Shown here in pieces: positions 10,520 to 21,289 of a DNA stretch of 64,000 bases. The translations under genes were made by a program, and so were the position numbers. The stretch lies in NCBI GenBank assembly GCA_031425315.1, contig JANPJC010000283.1, forward strand, positions 10,108-74,107, given 5' to 3'. The notes beneath the pieces were generated by a model. It ran no database searches. It was not told the origin of the DNA and saw only the letters and a list, made by a program, of their open reading frames with translations. Source of the stretch: Chitinophagales bacterium. GTDB taxonomy: Bacteria > Bacteroidota > Bacteroidia > Chitinophagales > Chitinophagaceae. Every line of letters starts with the position of its first letter. Within the stretch, counting starts at the first letter, position 1.

Positions 10520-11265
10520 GGGATCACGCCAGTGTATAAATTGTTATTGGTCATTAAATTTCTCTTTAGGAGAAGTATTGCCGAATATCTATTGTAAGTA
10601 GTACTGTTCTATTTAATTTTTTGAGATTAACTTTTATCTCAATAATATAAAACCAGGAAATTATTATTTTGGCTTGCGATAGTTTCATAATTGAATGGAA
10701 AGTGTTCAGTCATCCTCGCAATCAGCCCATCCAAAATCATATCCAAATGATTTGAATTAAATAGAAAAAAGTACCCGTCTAAATATTGGATCATAAATCG
10801 ATTGAAAATTTATGATGTAATCCTCCAGAGCTATCCCCTTTAAATTAGCAACCACTGATAGCAATTCTTTGAGTTTTTTATTTTCAGGGAAATTTTTGCC
10901 TGATTTCAAATTCAATCTCCAATATCTCAGCTTTCACAGTATTGAGCAAAGTGCCGTTATTAGTAATTGCAATTGCAGCATAATAACATAGAATATACAG
11001 CTATTCAAATTGAAAGTGTATACAATCTTCCACATTTATCAAGTAGGTATAAAAACAATATTTGTGCTAACATTCTTCAACTTGCTCAATTGTTCAGCAT
11101 ATTTATATTAAAGACAATATCCTTTGCAATAGTCTACCTTCATCATGGAACCTGAATGGTTAATCTTTAAAACCATTTAAATACAGAAGCATAATAAAAC
11201 AATCCATTCGTGCCGGTATGCTGAGTCTGTGCTGCAATTACTATCACGAGTAAAAAAGTTTAATT

Positions 11266-14200
11266 ATGAAATCAGCCTCAATGCTTCTGTTGATCATTCT
11301 TTTTTACGCTGTTAATATTAATGCACAGTCTCCAGGTTTAATTGTGAGGCCGCCAGGCGGCAATGGTGTTACTGCGCTTAATCCTGATGGTAATGGATAT
11401 AGTTCAGCCACTACTTCCGGTTTCACCACAGATGACATCAATCAAAGCGAAATAGCTTTCAAGGTTGTTCCGGCAGCAATCATTGAACCTACTGGCGACT
11501 TGTCGTCAGGTCCTTCCGGCGGATTTTCCGACATAGTAACCAGGGTGGATGGAAGTGGATTTTATATTTACAAAGACGCGACCAATATCTATTTTCGGTT
11601 ACGCATAGGCGGTATCGTCAGTGGATCCAAGGGATATTCCGTACTGATCGACACCGATGGCAAATTTGGTGCGTCCGGTGTGAATGCCGATCCCAATTAT
11701 GTTGCACCTTCCGGCAATAATGTTGGCAATCCGGGTTTTGAATATGAAGTGTCTCTTCAAACCAATTTCCAGGTGGCGGTGTATAATATAAATGGAACAG
11801 CCACACCTGGACTTCCTGTTACTTATGCTTTATCCACCAACGCACAAATCTCGACTGCTTTATCTACGGACGGAAATAATGCAGACTATTTTTATGACTG
11901 GTATGTTCCACTGAGTGCAATAGGCAATCCGGCATCAATCAGGCTGGGCATTACCACTGTTGTATCACCATCTTCAGCATTCCAGGGAAGTATTTCCGAT
12001 ATATATGGAATTAACGATGCTACTTCTGCAAGTGCGTCATCATCCTGGCAAACTGTGGTAAATGCACAACCAGCTATTAGTCTTACGAGCTTTACAGGAG
12101 TGAATGCCACCTGCACAGCCGCGCCGGTAGTCAACACACCTGTTATTGCCGGAGCTGCAGTTACGGTAACTGGAACATGGACGAAAATGGATGCCACAAA
12201 GCCCTCTCCGGCAACGATCACCCTTTATAAAAACGGACTATCTGTTGGAACGGTTTCTGTCAGTTCGGGAGGAACCTGGAGTATATCTGCAGGAACAATT
12301 GTGACCAATGATGTTATTTATGCGAAAGCACAGGCCACTGGTGAATCTATGTGCCTTGAATCAAATTCGATCAAAACCACTGCATGTGTTACTCCTCCGG
12401 CTTCACCTGTTTTAACCTGCGCATCCATTAAAGGAATTTCCGGCACAATGCCGAGCACTGCTTCAGGCAATAGCGTTGTGGTTTATCTCGTTCCGACGAC
12501 TTCAGCCTCTCCAACATCTAACATAGTCAGCACTGGTTTGAACCTTACCTATCCCTCTACTACAAGTTTTGCATTTTACACCGCCGGCTGTTCCGGAGGA
12601 ACAAATAATGTTGCTGATGGAGTGTATATGGTTGTTACACAAAATGGCAACTGTTTTTCTTCTCCTTCATTTGCATGTGTTGCCAATGGAAACGGAACAA
12701 TCGCCGCACTTGTAACAAATACGATAACGCTGCCCACTCCCATTTACCCTGGTTCAATTGTGCTTAGCGGTAGTGGAACAGTAAGCGGCAATATCCTCAG
12801 GCTTTTTGTAAACGGCCTGTTTGTTTCCACCATCACTGCAAGCGCCACAACTTTTAGTTTTCCAGCGGTAACCTTCAATGCGGGCGACCAGATCAGAATT
12901 TATTCCCAAACCACCGGCACGGCATGTTTAACGCAGTCAGCATTATTTACTGTCAGCTGTTATAACGAAGCGCCGACTATCACTACTAATACAACGGGCA
13001 ACCTACTCACCGGTGCTACTGTCATTGCGGGAATTTCTTTACATCCGGGAGCATCAGTTCAACTATACAAAGGCGCATCACCATCGGGCGTCGCCACGGG
13101 CACTGCAGCCACTGTGAACGGCAGTGGTGCGTGGTCTGTAACTGTACCGGCACTGATTGCTAATGATCAATATTATGCCATTGAAACCAGAAACGGTTGT
13201 GCCAGTGCTTCGACTGCGGGCGTAACCGTACTGACGCCTTCAACCTGTCCAACCATCACGGGAAACTATAGTGACGCTGCAACATCCATTATCGGTACAA
13301 TGCCTTCAGCCTTCACAGGAACCATCAGGCTTTATCTTGATGGCGCATTGATTGGTTCACAAAGTCTCACCAGCTCAACTAACTGGAATATCACGGTGAC
13401 AGCAGGTACACTTTACTATAATGCTGCAATGAGGGCAACGGCACAGGCAACAGGAAGTGCAGAAAGTGCAGGATGCAGTAGCAAAACAATATCATGTACG
13501 CCGCCCCTTCAACCCACTATCAGTCCGTTGTCTTCCACTATTGCTGTTGGGCAGACTGTAAATTTTTCGGTAAGTAATTCAACGATCAATAGCTGGTACG
13601 CTTTAACCGACAATTCGGGGGTCAGTTATGCTCCTTCTGCATACAGAACGAACACTTCAAATTTCACACTCACTTCTGCGACTTTTACCACATCTGGAAC
13701 GTATAATTTAAAACTCTCCTCTGATCTGCTTACAGGCTGCCCCTCTGCATTTACAAACACTACTATCCAGGTAAATATGCTGGTACCTTTGCGTTTGGTA
13801 CAGTTTAACGGAACCTATTTTGATGGTAGATTATTTTTCAACTGGCAAACGGAAGATGAATACAATGTGAGTCATTTTGAAGTGGAAGAAAGTACCGATG
13901 GCAATAACTTCACGGAGTTAATACGGCAACCTGCCCAAACCAATTTTAGCATCACTCATTTTTATAAAGCAGAAAAAAATAAACGGCTTACCCAATCTAC
14001 ACACTACAGGCTTAAAGTAACTGACCTTGATGGAACGAGACAATACAGTAAAATTATATTATTGAAACCTGATGGAAGTGACAATGGCATATCTGTATCT
14101 CCAAACCCTTTCAGTAACTATTTACAATTGAAATATTTAACCCGTGAAAATTCAGGTATTCATATCAGGATATACTCTGCTTCGGGCCAATTGATGAATA

Positions 14201-14340
14201 TAAGCCGTCATAAAGTCTTAGCCGGATATAATTCCGTATCGATAAACAAATTGGAATTCCTGCAAAAAGGAATGTATTTTTTAGTTATTACTGATGATAA
14301 CAACCATGAGATTCAATTCAGAAAAATAGTAAAAAACTGA
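11266..14340 (+). CDS. large Ser/Thr-rich secreted protein with T9SS C-terminal sorting domain
   Basis: Signal peptide. 1024 aa with repetitive Ig-like segments. C-terminal ~80 aa (..GIHIRIYSASGQLMN..GMYFLVITDDNNHEIQFRKIVKN) is typical of a Por/T9SS CTD. Confidence 0.75.
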   Translation: MKSASMLLLIILFYAVNINAQSPGLIVRPPGGNGVTALNPDGNGYSSATTSGFTTDDINQSEIAFKVVPAAIIEPTGDLSSGPSGGFSDIVTRVDGSGFYIYKDATNIYFRLRIGGIVSGSKGYSVLIDTDGKFGASGVNADPNYVAPSGNNVGNPGFEYEVSLQTNFQVAVYNINGTATPGLPVTYALSTNAQISTALSTDGNNADYFYDWYVPLSAIGNPASIRLGITTVVSPSSAFQGSISDIYGINDATSASASSSWQTVVNAQPAISLTSFTGVNATCTAAPVVNTPVIAGAAVTVTGTWTKMDATKPSPATITLYKNGLSVGTVSVSSGGTWSISAGTIVTNDVIYAKAQATGESMCLESNSIKTTACVTPPASPVLTCASIKGISGTMPSTASGNSVVVYLVPTTSASPTSNIVSTGLNLTYPSTTSFAFYTAGCSGGTNNVADGVYMVVTQNGNCFSSPSFACVANGNGTIAALVTNTITLPTPIYPGSIVLSGSGTVSGNILRLFVNGLFVSTITASATTFSFPAVTFNAGDQIRIYSQTTGTACLTQSALFTVSCYNEAPTITTNTTGNLLTGATVIAGISLHPGASVQLYKGASPSGVATGTAATVNGSGAWSVTVPALIANDQYYAIETRNGCASASTAGVTVLTPSTCPTITGNYSDAATSIIGTMPSAFTGTIRLYLDGALIGSQSLTSSTNWNITVTAGTLYYNAAMRATAQATGSAESAGCSSKTISCTPPLQPTISPLSSTIAVGQTVNFSVSNSTINSWYALTDNSGVSYAPSAYRTNTSNFTLTSATFTTSGTYNLKLSSDLLTGCPSAFTNTTIQVNMLVPLRLVQFNGTYFDGRLFFNWQTEDEYNVSHFEVEESTDGNNFTELIRQPAQTNFSITHFYKAEKNKRLTQSTHYRLKVTDLDGTRQYSKIILLKPDGSDNGISVSPNPFSNYLQLKYLTRENSGIHIRIYSASGQLMNISRHKVLAGYNSVSINKLEFLQKGMYFLVITDDNNHEIQFRKIVKN

Positions 14341-14358
14341 TCGATTTACCAGGTAAGA

Positions 14359-14820
14359 TTATTTTGAAGGTGTGGAATGAATCAAAGCAATCTTCCATTG
14401 TCCGCCCTGTTTTTTAAATACCGCGCTTTCGTTCCAGGTTTTAACAGTGAGTAAACCTTTTTCGGTCATTTCTGACTTCAAAAAATATACTGCATATGCC
14501 ATATCACCGCTGATACGGATTTTATTAAATGTAAAAAAATCTTTGCGTTGTACAACACGTCCCGCGTTGGATTTGTAATACAGTTTTTCTTTTTCAAGAT
14601 TCCATACCTCACCTTCTTCAATCAATAAATAATCAGTTGTACAATTATTGCTATGTGTTTTTATGTCCCAGTTGCCCATCGTTCCATAATCCGACTTCAA
14701 AAGGTTAACAATCGCCAGTGAGTCCTTTGTTTGTCCGCCAGCCATTAAGCTGATAAAGAAAGCAAGAACAAATAACACGGATTTCATTTGGTTTGATTTA
14801 ATGATTGATGTTAGGAGCAA
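14359..14820 (-). CDS. hypothetical secreted protein (NTF2/SnoaL-like or DUF4440-like)
   Basis: Signal peptide MKSVLFVLAFFISLMAGGQ. Small alpha+beta type composition. Confidence 0.4.
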   Translation of the reverse strand: MLLTSIIKSNQMKSVLFVLAFFISLMAGGQTKDSLAIVNLLKSDYGTMGNWDIKTHSNNCTTDYLLIEEGEVWNLEKEKLYYKSNAGRVVQRKDFFTFNKIRISGDMAYAVYFLKSEMTEKGLLTVKTWNESAVFKKQGGQWKIALIHSTPSK

Positions 14821-14934
14821 CTAAACTACGAAAGAACTGCTGGCCGTGGTAATAAATCGTCGTGTTAAATACCCGCCCCGCTATTGACTAATTATTTTAA
14901 TTTCATGATAATAAAATCATCAGCTATTTAAAAG

Positions 14935-15618
14935 ATGAATATGAAACATGTAATAGTGAGCGGCGCCACTGGGAACCTTGGACAGGCAGTCGTGCAAAAA
15001 TTTTTAACAGAAGGATTTGCTGTTAGTGGTACGGCCCGGTCCCCAAATAAAGAACAAAAACACTCACACAATAATTACAATTTATTTGATGTTGATCTTT
15101 CAGATGAAACTGCGGCAGAAGATGTTGTGAATTCAGTGATTAAAAAAAACGGACGCATTGACATTGCAGTATTAACTGCAGGTGGCTTTGCTATGGGAAG
15201 TTTAAAAGACAGCAAATCATCTGCAATATTACAGCAGTACAAATTGAATTTCGAAACAGCTTACCACCTGGCGCGTCCCATATTTATGCAGATGTTGAAA
15301 CAGGGTTATGGAAGAATATTTTTCATCGGTAGCATGGCCGGGCTCGATGCCTCAAAATCAAAAGGCATGACGGGTTACGGTTTATCAAAATCACTGGTGA
15401 TACGGCTTAGTGAATTGATCAATGAAGAAGCGCGGGGTACTGATATTGTTAGTTCGGTAGTGATACCAGGAACAATTGATACACCACAGAACAGGGCTGC
15501 CATGCCGGATGCGGACTTTTCTAAATGGGTGAATGCTGATGATATTGCAAACATTATTTACCTGCACACCACGCCGGAAATGAGTACGAATAGAGAGACG
15601 ATGATTAAGATTTATTGA
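14935..15618 (+). CDS. SDR family short-chain dehydrogenase/reductase
   Basis: N-terminal VSGATGNLG Rossmann motif. Catalytic Y-x3-K (YGLSK). Confidence 0.85.
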   Translation: MNMKHVIVSGATGNLGQAVVQKFLTEGFAVSGTARSPNKEQKHSHNNYNLFDVDLSDETAAEDVVNSVIKKNGRIDIAVLTAGGFAMGSLKDSKSSAILQQYKLNFETAYHLARPIFMQMLKQGYGRIFFIGSMAGLDASKSKGMTGYGLSKSLVIRLSELINEEARGTDIVSSVVIPGTIDTPQNRAAMPDADFSKWVNADDIANIIYLHTTPEMSTNRETMIKIY

Positions 15619-15619
15619 G

Positions 15620-16680
15620 GCACTATGCAATAGGCAATAGCGAACAGCCAATACAGATTTTAGGTATGACAAATACTTTCCATTTCAGTTGAATATTTTG
15701 TGATAGAGTTTCTCCGTGAATCTCCTGTATATCATCTCCTGCTGTTTCTCCGTGTAACAAAACTATTTTGGAGACAAAGTTAACGCCGGATTTCGAGTTG
15801 AACGAAGAAGGGCTGTTTCTCAGCTTACCTCATAACCTCCGTTAAACTCCGTGGCCGAAAAATATCATCATTTGGGATCAACAGATTTAAAAGCCTGGAC
15901 ACAATACAGGCTTTAGGTAAAACAACACTCCGGACATTCGGCTTTCATTTGGCCACAGAGATAAGCGGAGATTTTGAGTTGAACGGAGAGTCGTTGTATT
16001 GGCTGTTCCTCAGCTTACCTAATAACCTCCGTTAAACTCCGTGGCCGAAAAAATATCATCATTTGGGATCAGCAAATTTAAAAGCCTGGACACAATACAG
16101 GTTTTAGGTATAACAACACTCCGGACATTCGACTTTCATTTGGCCGCAGAGTTAAGCGGGGATTTTGAGTTGAACGGAGAGTCGCTGTATTGGCTGTTCC
16201 TCAGCTCACCTCAAAACCTCCGTTAAACTCCGTGGCCGAAAAAAGTATTTGGGTAAATAAATTCAAAAGTTCGGAAACAGAGGGCCACTAAGAAACAAAG
16301 GACACAAAGGAACAGCCAATACAGGTTTTATGTTTTAGGTATTAGGTTCGCCCAATACTTTCCATTTCAATTGAATATTTTGTGAAAGAGTTTCTCCGTG
16401 AATCTCCTGTATTTCATCTCCTGCTGTTTCTCCGTGTAACAAACCATTTTGGAGATACAGTTAAGCCTGGATTTCGAGTTGGACGAAGAAGGGCTGTTCC
16501 TCAGCTCACCTCAAAACCTCCGTTAAACTCCGTGGCCGAAAAAAGTATTTGGTTAAGTAAATTCAAAAGTTCGGAAACAGAGGGCCACTAAGAAACAAAG
16601 GACACAAAGGCACAGCCACTAGGGGTTTTATGTTTTATGTTTTAGTTAAATACATGGCTACCAATTATCCTATTGACTTA
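15620..16680. repeat. ~1-kb composite intergenic repeat locus (heptamer head + GAACAGCCAATACAG core + CTCCGTGAATCTCCTGTAT and CTCCGTTAAACTCCGTGGCC hairpin modules; internal duplications)
   Basis: Core at 15642-15656 and 16310-16325. Reverse cores at ~15999 and ~16185. About 190-bp direct duplicates at 15838-16025 and 16026-16212. 15660-15870 is repeated at 16330-16550. Confidence 0.85.
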
Positions 16681-16689
16681 TTCACGCAT

Positions 16690-19332
16690 TCACCTAACCC
16701 TAACCGGCTGTTCATTCACGACTGACGATTCACGCGCAGCAAGGAAAATCAATTCCGCCACCAATCCCGTCCATCCGGTTTGATGTGACGCCCCTAAACC
16801 GCTGGCGTTCTCCCCATGGAAATATTCATAAAATAAAACAAGGTCTTTGAAAAATGGATCGTTCCTGTACAATTCAATTTCGTTGTGCACAGGCCGATTA
16901 CCTTTATCATCAGTTTCAAACACTGCTATCAGTCTTTTAGCAACAGCCAATGCCGCTTCCTTCAGTGAAACACTTCTCCCTGAATCTGATGGAAATTCAA
17001 TCATACATTCATCCTGATAATAACGCGCATATTGCAACAAAGACTGTATCAGTAAATAATTCATCGGCATCCACACAGGCCCCCGCCAATTACTGTTTCC
17101 TCCAAAAAGATCTGATGTAGCTTCACCGGGCTGGTAATCTAAACCGAATTCCTGCCCCACAATATTAACATGATAACCATGAGTATGAATTTTTGATATA
17201 GAGCGGATTCCTCCTGTACTTAAAAATTCATTCTTATCAAAAAGCGCTTTTAGTAATCGCTGCAACCTTTTTTTCGGAACGAGCGATAACAAAATATCAT
17301 TGTTGTCGTTAAAATCTTCAATGACAAGATAGTCGCCATTTTTTTCCCTGTATCGGATAAACCACTTTAAACGACGATGAAATTCAGGTAATTTTTCCAG
17401 CTCATCTTTTTTCAGTATCAAAACTGCAAATAATGTTGAAAGGCCAACCAGGCTGCGGACTTTCAACGGAATAAAACGGCCATCAGGAGTAGCAAGAATA
17501 TCATAGAAGAATCCTTCGTGTTCGTCCCAGCTACTGGTCCAATTCTCTCCTATCCTGTTGATACTTTCGGCGATATAAACAAAGTGCTCAAAAAACTTAG
17601 TCGTTACATCTTCATAGTTTGGATTGTGTTGAGAAAGTTCTAATGCCATCTCCAGCATATTTAAACAGTACAACGCCATCCAGCTGGTTCCATCAGCCTG
17701 CTGTAATACTCCAAAATCGGGGTTCACATTACTTCTGTCGAAAACCCCGATATTATCAAGACCAAGAAATCCACCTTCAAAAACATTATTACCATGATGA
17801 TCCTTTCGGTTAACCCACCACGTGAAATTGATGAGCAATTTCTGAAATACTTTTTCGAGAAAAGCAAAATCGCCCTTGCCCGTCCTGGCCTTCTCCATTT
17901 TATAAACCTGCAAACAGCTCCAGGCATGTACAGGAGGGTTGGCATCACCAAACGACCATTCATATGCGGGCAATTGCCCATTCGGATGCATGTACCATTC
18001 CCTCAAAAAAAGGATCAGCTGATCTTTTGCAAACTGTGGATCAACAACTGATATTGGCACACAATGAAAAGCAAGGTCCCACGCGGCATACCATGGATAT
18101 TCCCATTTATCGGGCATTGAAATAATGTCTTCATTATTCAGCGAATACCAGTGATGATTTCGGCCGGTTTTTCTGGATGCCGGCGGAGCAGGTTGACCGG
18201 GATCACCACTTAACCAACGTGGAATATCAATATTATAATACTGTTTACTCCATAACATTCCCGCATAAGCTTGCCGCTGAATCGCTTTATGTTCTTCATT
18301 CGTTGCAGATATTATTGCAGAATAAAACTGATCTGCCTCCCTAATTCTTAATTGGAAAATAGCTTCCATTTGATCTATGACAGGAGACTCTGCAGGTTTG
18401 ACTCTGCTGATTCGCAAGTACACCACGCGGGAAGAATGCGGCGCTATCCGGAACTCATATTGCGGAGTGAATTTTGTGCCTTCGTATTTATTTTCAAACT
18501 GCTGGTATTGTCTGGACACAACTGCATGATGAAATGCATCTTTGACAAAAACACTACTATTTTTTTCACCAAATATTTCCTTGTTGGTTTCATTTTCGGT
18601 AAACAGGCATCGCGCCGGCTGCTCAAAACTGAAGTAATAAAATCCTAATTTGGGATGTTCAAGTTCGACCAATGTATCCGACAACTTCCTGATAACAGGT
18701 TTCTTTTTCATCAATCCGAAGTCCCATAAATTGCGGAACCATATCAGTGGCATCAAGGAAAGATATGCCTCATCAATGGCACGGTTATGAATAGAAATTT
18801 TGATGGCAATATCTTCCTTGTCAATTTTTGCATACTCTGTAAATACATCAAAATATCTTCCATCATCAAATAATCCGGTATCAATAATCTCAAACTCTTT
18901 CTCCTGCCGGTTACGATGTCTGTTAACAGTTGTAAGCAGTTCGTATGGAAATGCCTGCTGAGGATACTTATACAGATGCTTCATATAAGTATGAGCTGGC
19001 GTATTGTCGAGGTAGTAATATAACTCCTTAACATCTTCGCCATGATTGCCCTCATTGCCCGTCAGTCCAAACAGCCTCTCTTTAATGATACGATCCTTAC
19101 CATTCCATAAGGACACGGAAAAGCACAACCGCTGCATTTCGTCACTTATTCCCGCTATACCGTCCTCTCCCCAACGATATACTCTGCTGCGTGCATGCTC
19201 ATGCGTAAAGTATTCCCACGGATCACCATCGGCGCTATAATCTTCGCGTACAGTCCCCCACTGTCTTTCACTGAGATATGGGCCCCAATGCTTCCAGCCT
19301 GTTTCTGATAACCGGATTTGTTCTGCATTCAT
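16690..19332 (-). CDS. glycoside hydrolase, GH63/MGH1-like glucosidase family (tentative)
   Basis: 880 aa. N-terminal WGPYLSERQWGTVREDYS motif and (alpha/alpha)6-type C-terminal region resemble bacterial GH63-like glucosidases. Confidence 0.5.
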   Translation of the reverse strand: MNAEQIRLSETGWKHWGPYLSERQWGTVREDYSADGDPWEYFTHEHARSRVYRWGEDGIAGISDEMQRLCFSVSLWNGKDRIIKERLFGLTGNEGNHGEDVKELYYYLDNTPAHTYMKHLYKYPQQAFPYELLTTVNRHRNRQEKEFEIIDTGLFDDGRYFDVFTEYAKIDKEDIAIKISIHNRAIDEAYLSLMPLIWFRNLWDFGLMKKKPVIRKLSDTLVELEHPKLGFYYFSFEQPARCLFTENETNKEIFGEKNSSVFVKDAFHHAVVSRQYQQFENKYEGTKFTPQYEFRIAPHSSRVVYLRISRVKPAESPVIDQMEAIFQLRIREADQFYSAIISATNEEHKAIQRQAYAGMLWSKQYYNIDIPRWLSGDPGQPAPPASRKTGRNHHWYSLNNEDIISMPDKWEYPWYAAWDLAFHCVPISVVDPQFAKDQLILFLREWYMHPNGQLPAYEWSFGDANPPVHAWSCLQVYKMEKARTGKGDFAFLEKVFQKLLINFTWWVNRKDHHGNNVFEGGFLGLDNIGVFDRSNVNPDFGVLQQADGTSWMALYCLNMLEMALELSQHNPNYEDVTTKFFEHFVYIAESINRIGENWTSSWDEHEGFFYDILATPDGRFIPLKVRSLVGLSTLFAVLILKKDELEKLPEFHRRLKWFIRYREKNGDYLVIEDFNDNNDILLSLVPKKRLQRLLKALFDKNEFLSTGGIRSISKIHTHGYHVNIVGQEFGLDYQPGEATSDLFGGNSNWRGPVWMPMNYLLIQSLLQYARYYQDECMIEFPSDSGRSVSLKEAALAVAKRLIAVFETDDKGNRPVHNEIELYRNDPFFKDLVLFYEYFHGENASGLGASHQTGWTGLVAELIFLAARESSVVNEQPVRVR

Positions 19333-19510
19333 TTGTAAACATAAATTTATTGCATAATAAATGCTTTAAACATATTGTTGTAAGCATAGCTGAAACTAAC
19401 GGAGCAGCAAAATAAATGTTTGACGGGTCAAAAAATTAAAACTGTTGCAATCAACAGGCATAGCTGGCGGGGGAGAAAAAATATGAAATTGATTACGGTA
19501 ACAATTGGGG

Positions 19511-19975
19511 TTATTTTAATCGTACCTGTACCCAATTAGAATCAGCTTTTTGAATAAATCCATGCTGATCTTTATCCCAATTCCGTTTTACATCCTTGTT
19601 ATAATTAAAATATAGTTTACTATTGACTATACTCCATGCATCTTCACTTGTAGGCGCTTTGTAGCCTCTTGATAGTCCAAATGCGCAATATCCTCCGTAC
19701 TGTGGCGCGTATTGCTCGGGATTTGCAGTGAATAGATTTGCATTTTCCTTATTGACAAATACCCATTTTGTTTTATTCCATATCACGGCTATACTGGTAT
19801 CTCCTTTTTGAGGTTTCGCAGAAATAAAGTATTCCACCACATCAAAACCATTAATCGCGTAGCCATTTTTTGAAAACACTTCCGCTTGCTGCGCAAAACC
19901 ATCATATGTAAGGCTGCAAAGCAATATCGAAAAACTGAAAATCCAACAATTCTTTTTATGAAATCCCGCAGTCAT
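19511..19975 (-). CDS. YHS domain-containing secreted protein
   Basis: Signal peptide. GYAINGFDVVEYF and YAPQYGGYCAFGL motifs characteristic of YHS/TRASH-type domains. Confidence 0.6.
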   Translation of the reverse strand: MTAGFHKKNCWIFSFSILLCSLTYDGFAQQAEVFSKNGYAINGFDVVEYFISAKPQKGDTSIAVIWNKTKWVFVNKENANLFTANPEQYAPQYGGYCAFGLSRGYKAPTSEDAWSIVNSKLYFNYNKDVKRNWDKDQHGFIQKADSNWVQVRLK

Positions 19976-20088
19976 AATTTTAATATTAGTATTTACAAAG
20001 GTTTAACTTTTAAAATTATTGATTTGTCAGGATAGCGACACAAAAGCAAACATCTCACAATTAATTTTGAATAACAAACCAAAACGAT

Positions 20089-20826
20089 ATGTGCAGATTG
20101 TTTCTTATCATTTTATTTCTGCCGGTAACTTACCATTTAAGCGGGCAGGAAATCTCTCCGCCGCGTTTCAACAAATTTGCCGACCTGAGTTTTACATTGA
20201 GTGAATCTCAGCAGAGCATTGCCCTGGCTTACGTCCATAACTGGCGACTTGGCAAGAAAAGAAAAATCGACCTCGGATTGGGGATCAGAAACACTGCTTA
20301 TTTTGGTGTAAAAAAAGAATTCTGGACCGCGCCGGCAGAACTTTCAAGGGGAAGCAAAGCGCCATTTACAGGAGTATTTTCATCGCAGAAAACTGAAAAC
20401 TGGGACACTTTAGTGGTACAGCGGGCCTTCACGAATTCCACTAACCTAACAGCAAACCTCGGTTATCATTTTAGTAGTAAATGGTATGCGGGGTTTAACA
20501 TCGACCTGATAGGATTTACTTTCGGACAAACAACCAGTGGAGTGTTTTTATCTAATGGAAATACGAGTACAGAGCCTGCCGCCAAACCGGCACCTTTCAA
20601 CTTACTCTTAACCGGCGATCTTGACCTCGGAACGCTCAACTCGGAATTCTTCATTAAATACCAGCTCACTCCTCAGTGGGCGATCAAAGGAATTTACCAG
20701 TTTCTTTTTGTTGAATATAAAACAACGACGGTCGAACAGATTGCGCCGGACGGGACTACAAACGATCGATTCCGCAACAAAGCCAACAATTTTGGTATCG
20801 GTGTGGCTTATCATTTTAAAAAATAA
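20089..20826 (+). CDS. hypothetical outer-membrane beta-barrel-like protein
   Basis: Signal peptide. Alternating beta-strand pattern ending in aromatic residues (GVAYHFKK). Confidence 0.4.
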   Translation: MCRLFLIILFLPVTYHLSGQEISPPRFNKFADLSFTLSESQQSIALAYVHNWRLGKKRKIDLGLGIRNTAYFGVKKEFWTAPAELSRGSKAPFTGVFSSQKTENWDTLVVQRAFTNSTNLTANLGYHFSSKWYAGFNIDLIGFTFGQTTSGVFLSNGNTSTEPAAKPAPFNLLLTGDLDLGTLNSEFFIKYQLTPQWAIKGIYQFLFVEYKTTTVEQIAPDGTTNDRFRNKANNFGIGVAYHFKK

Positions 20827-20837
20827 AAACCTGACTA

Positions 20838-21263
20838 ATGAAAAAACTAATTGCATTACTTACGCTGATCACTGTCTTTATTTCATGCACCAAAGAAAAT
20901 GCTACACCGGAAACGCCAGTAAATGAAAATGTTGATACAACCACAACCATGGTGCAGGTCATGGGTAGTTTTATTAATGGCCCATATGGAACAGTGTCGG
21001 GATCGGCTGAAATAAGGAAAGAGTTTGATGGTGATTTTATTCTGGCACTCACGAATATGAAAATCTCCAACGGTCCTGACCTTCATGTGTATTTATCGAA
21101 GGAAGTGCAGCCTGTTAATTTTATAGATCTGGGCAAATTAAAATCGACTGTAGGCAATCAGGTTTACGCTATATCGGGATCGCCTAATTTCACTGAATAT
21201 AAATATGCACTGATACATTGCCAGCAATACAATCATCTTTTCGGGAGTACGGAGTTAAAGTGA
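20838..21263 (+). CDS. DM13-like domain lipoprotein
   Basis: Lipobox FISCTK. GSF..G..G...G.....F..L.....GPDLHVYL pattern typical of DM13 domains. Confidence 0.5.
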   Translation: MKKLIALLTLITVFISCTKENATPETPVNENVDTTTTMVQVMGSFINGPYGTVSGSAEIRKEFDGDFILALTNMKISNGPDLHVYLSKEVQPVNFIDLGKLKSTVGNQVYAISGSPNFTEYKYALIHCQQYNHLFGSTELK

Positions 21264-21289
21264 AAGGATCTGATCGTTCCTCATAGTTT

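Noticed and set aside
16041-16591. ORFs 16041-16226 and 16382-16591 (and similarly 42303-42491, 42958-43278, 3301-3516)
   Set aside because: They lie wholly inside repeat arrays and repeat copies disagree in frame. They are artefacts of low-stop repetitive sequence.
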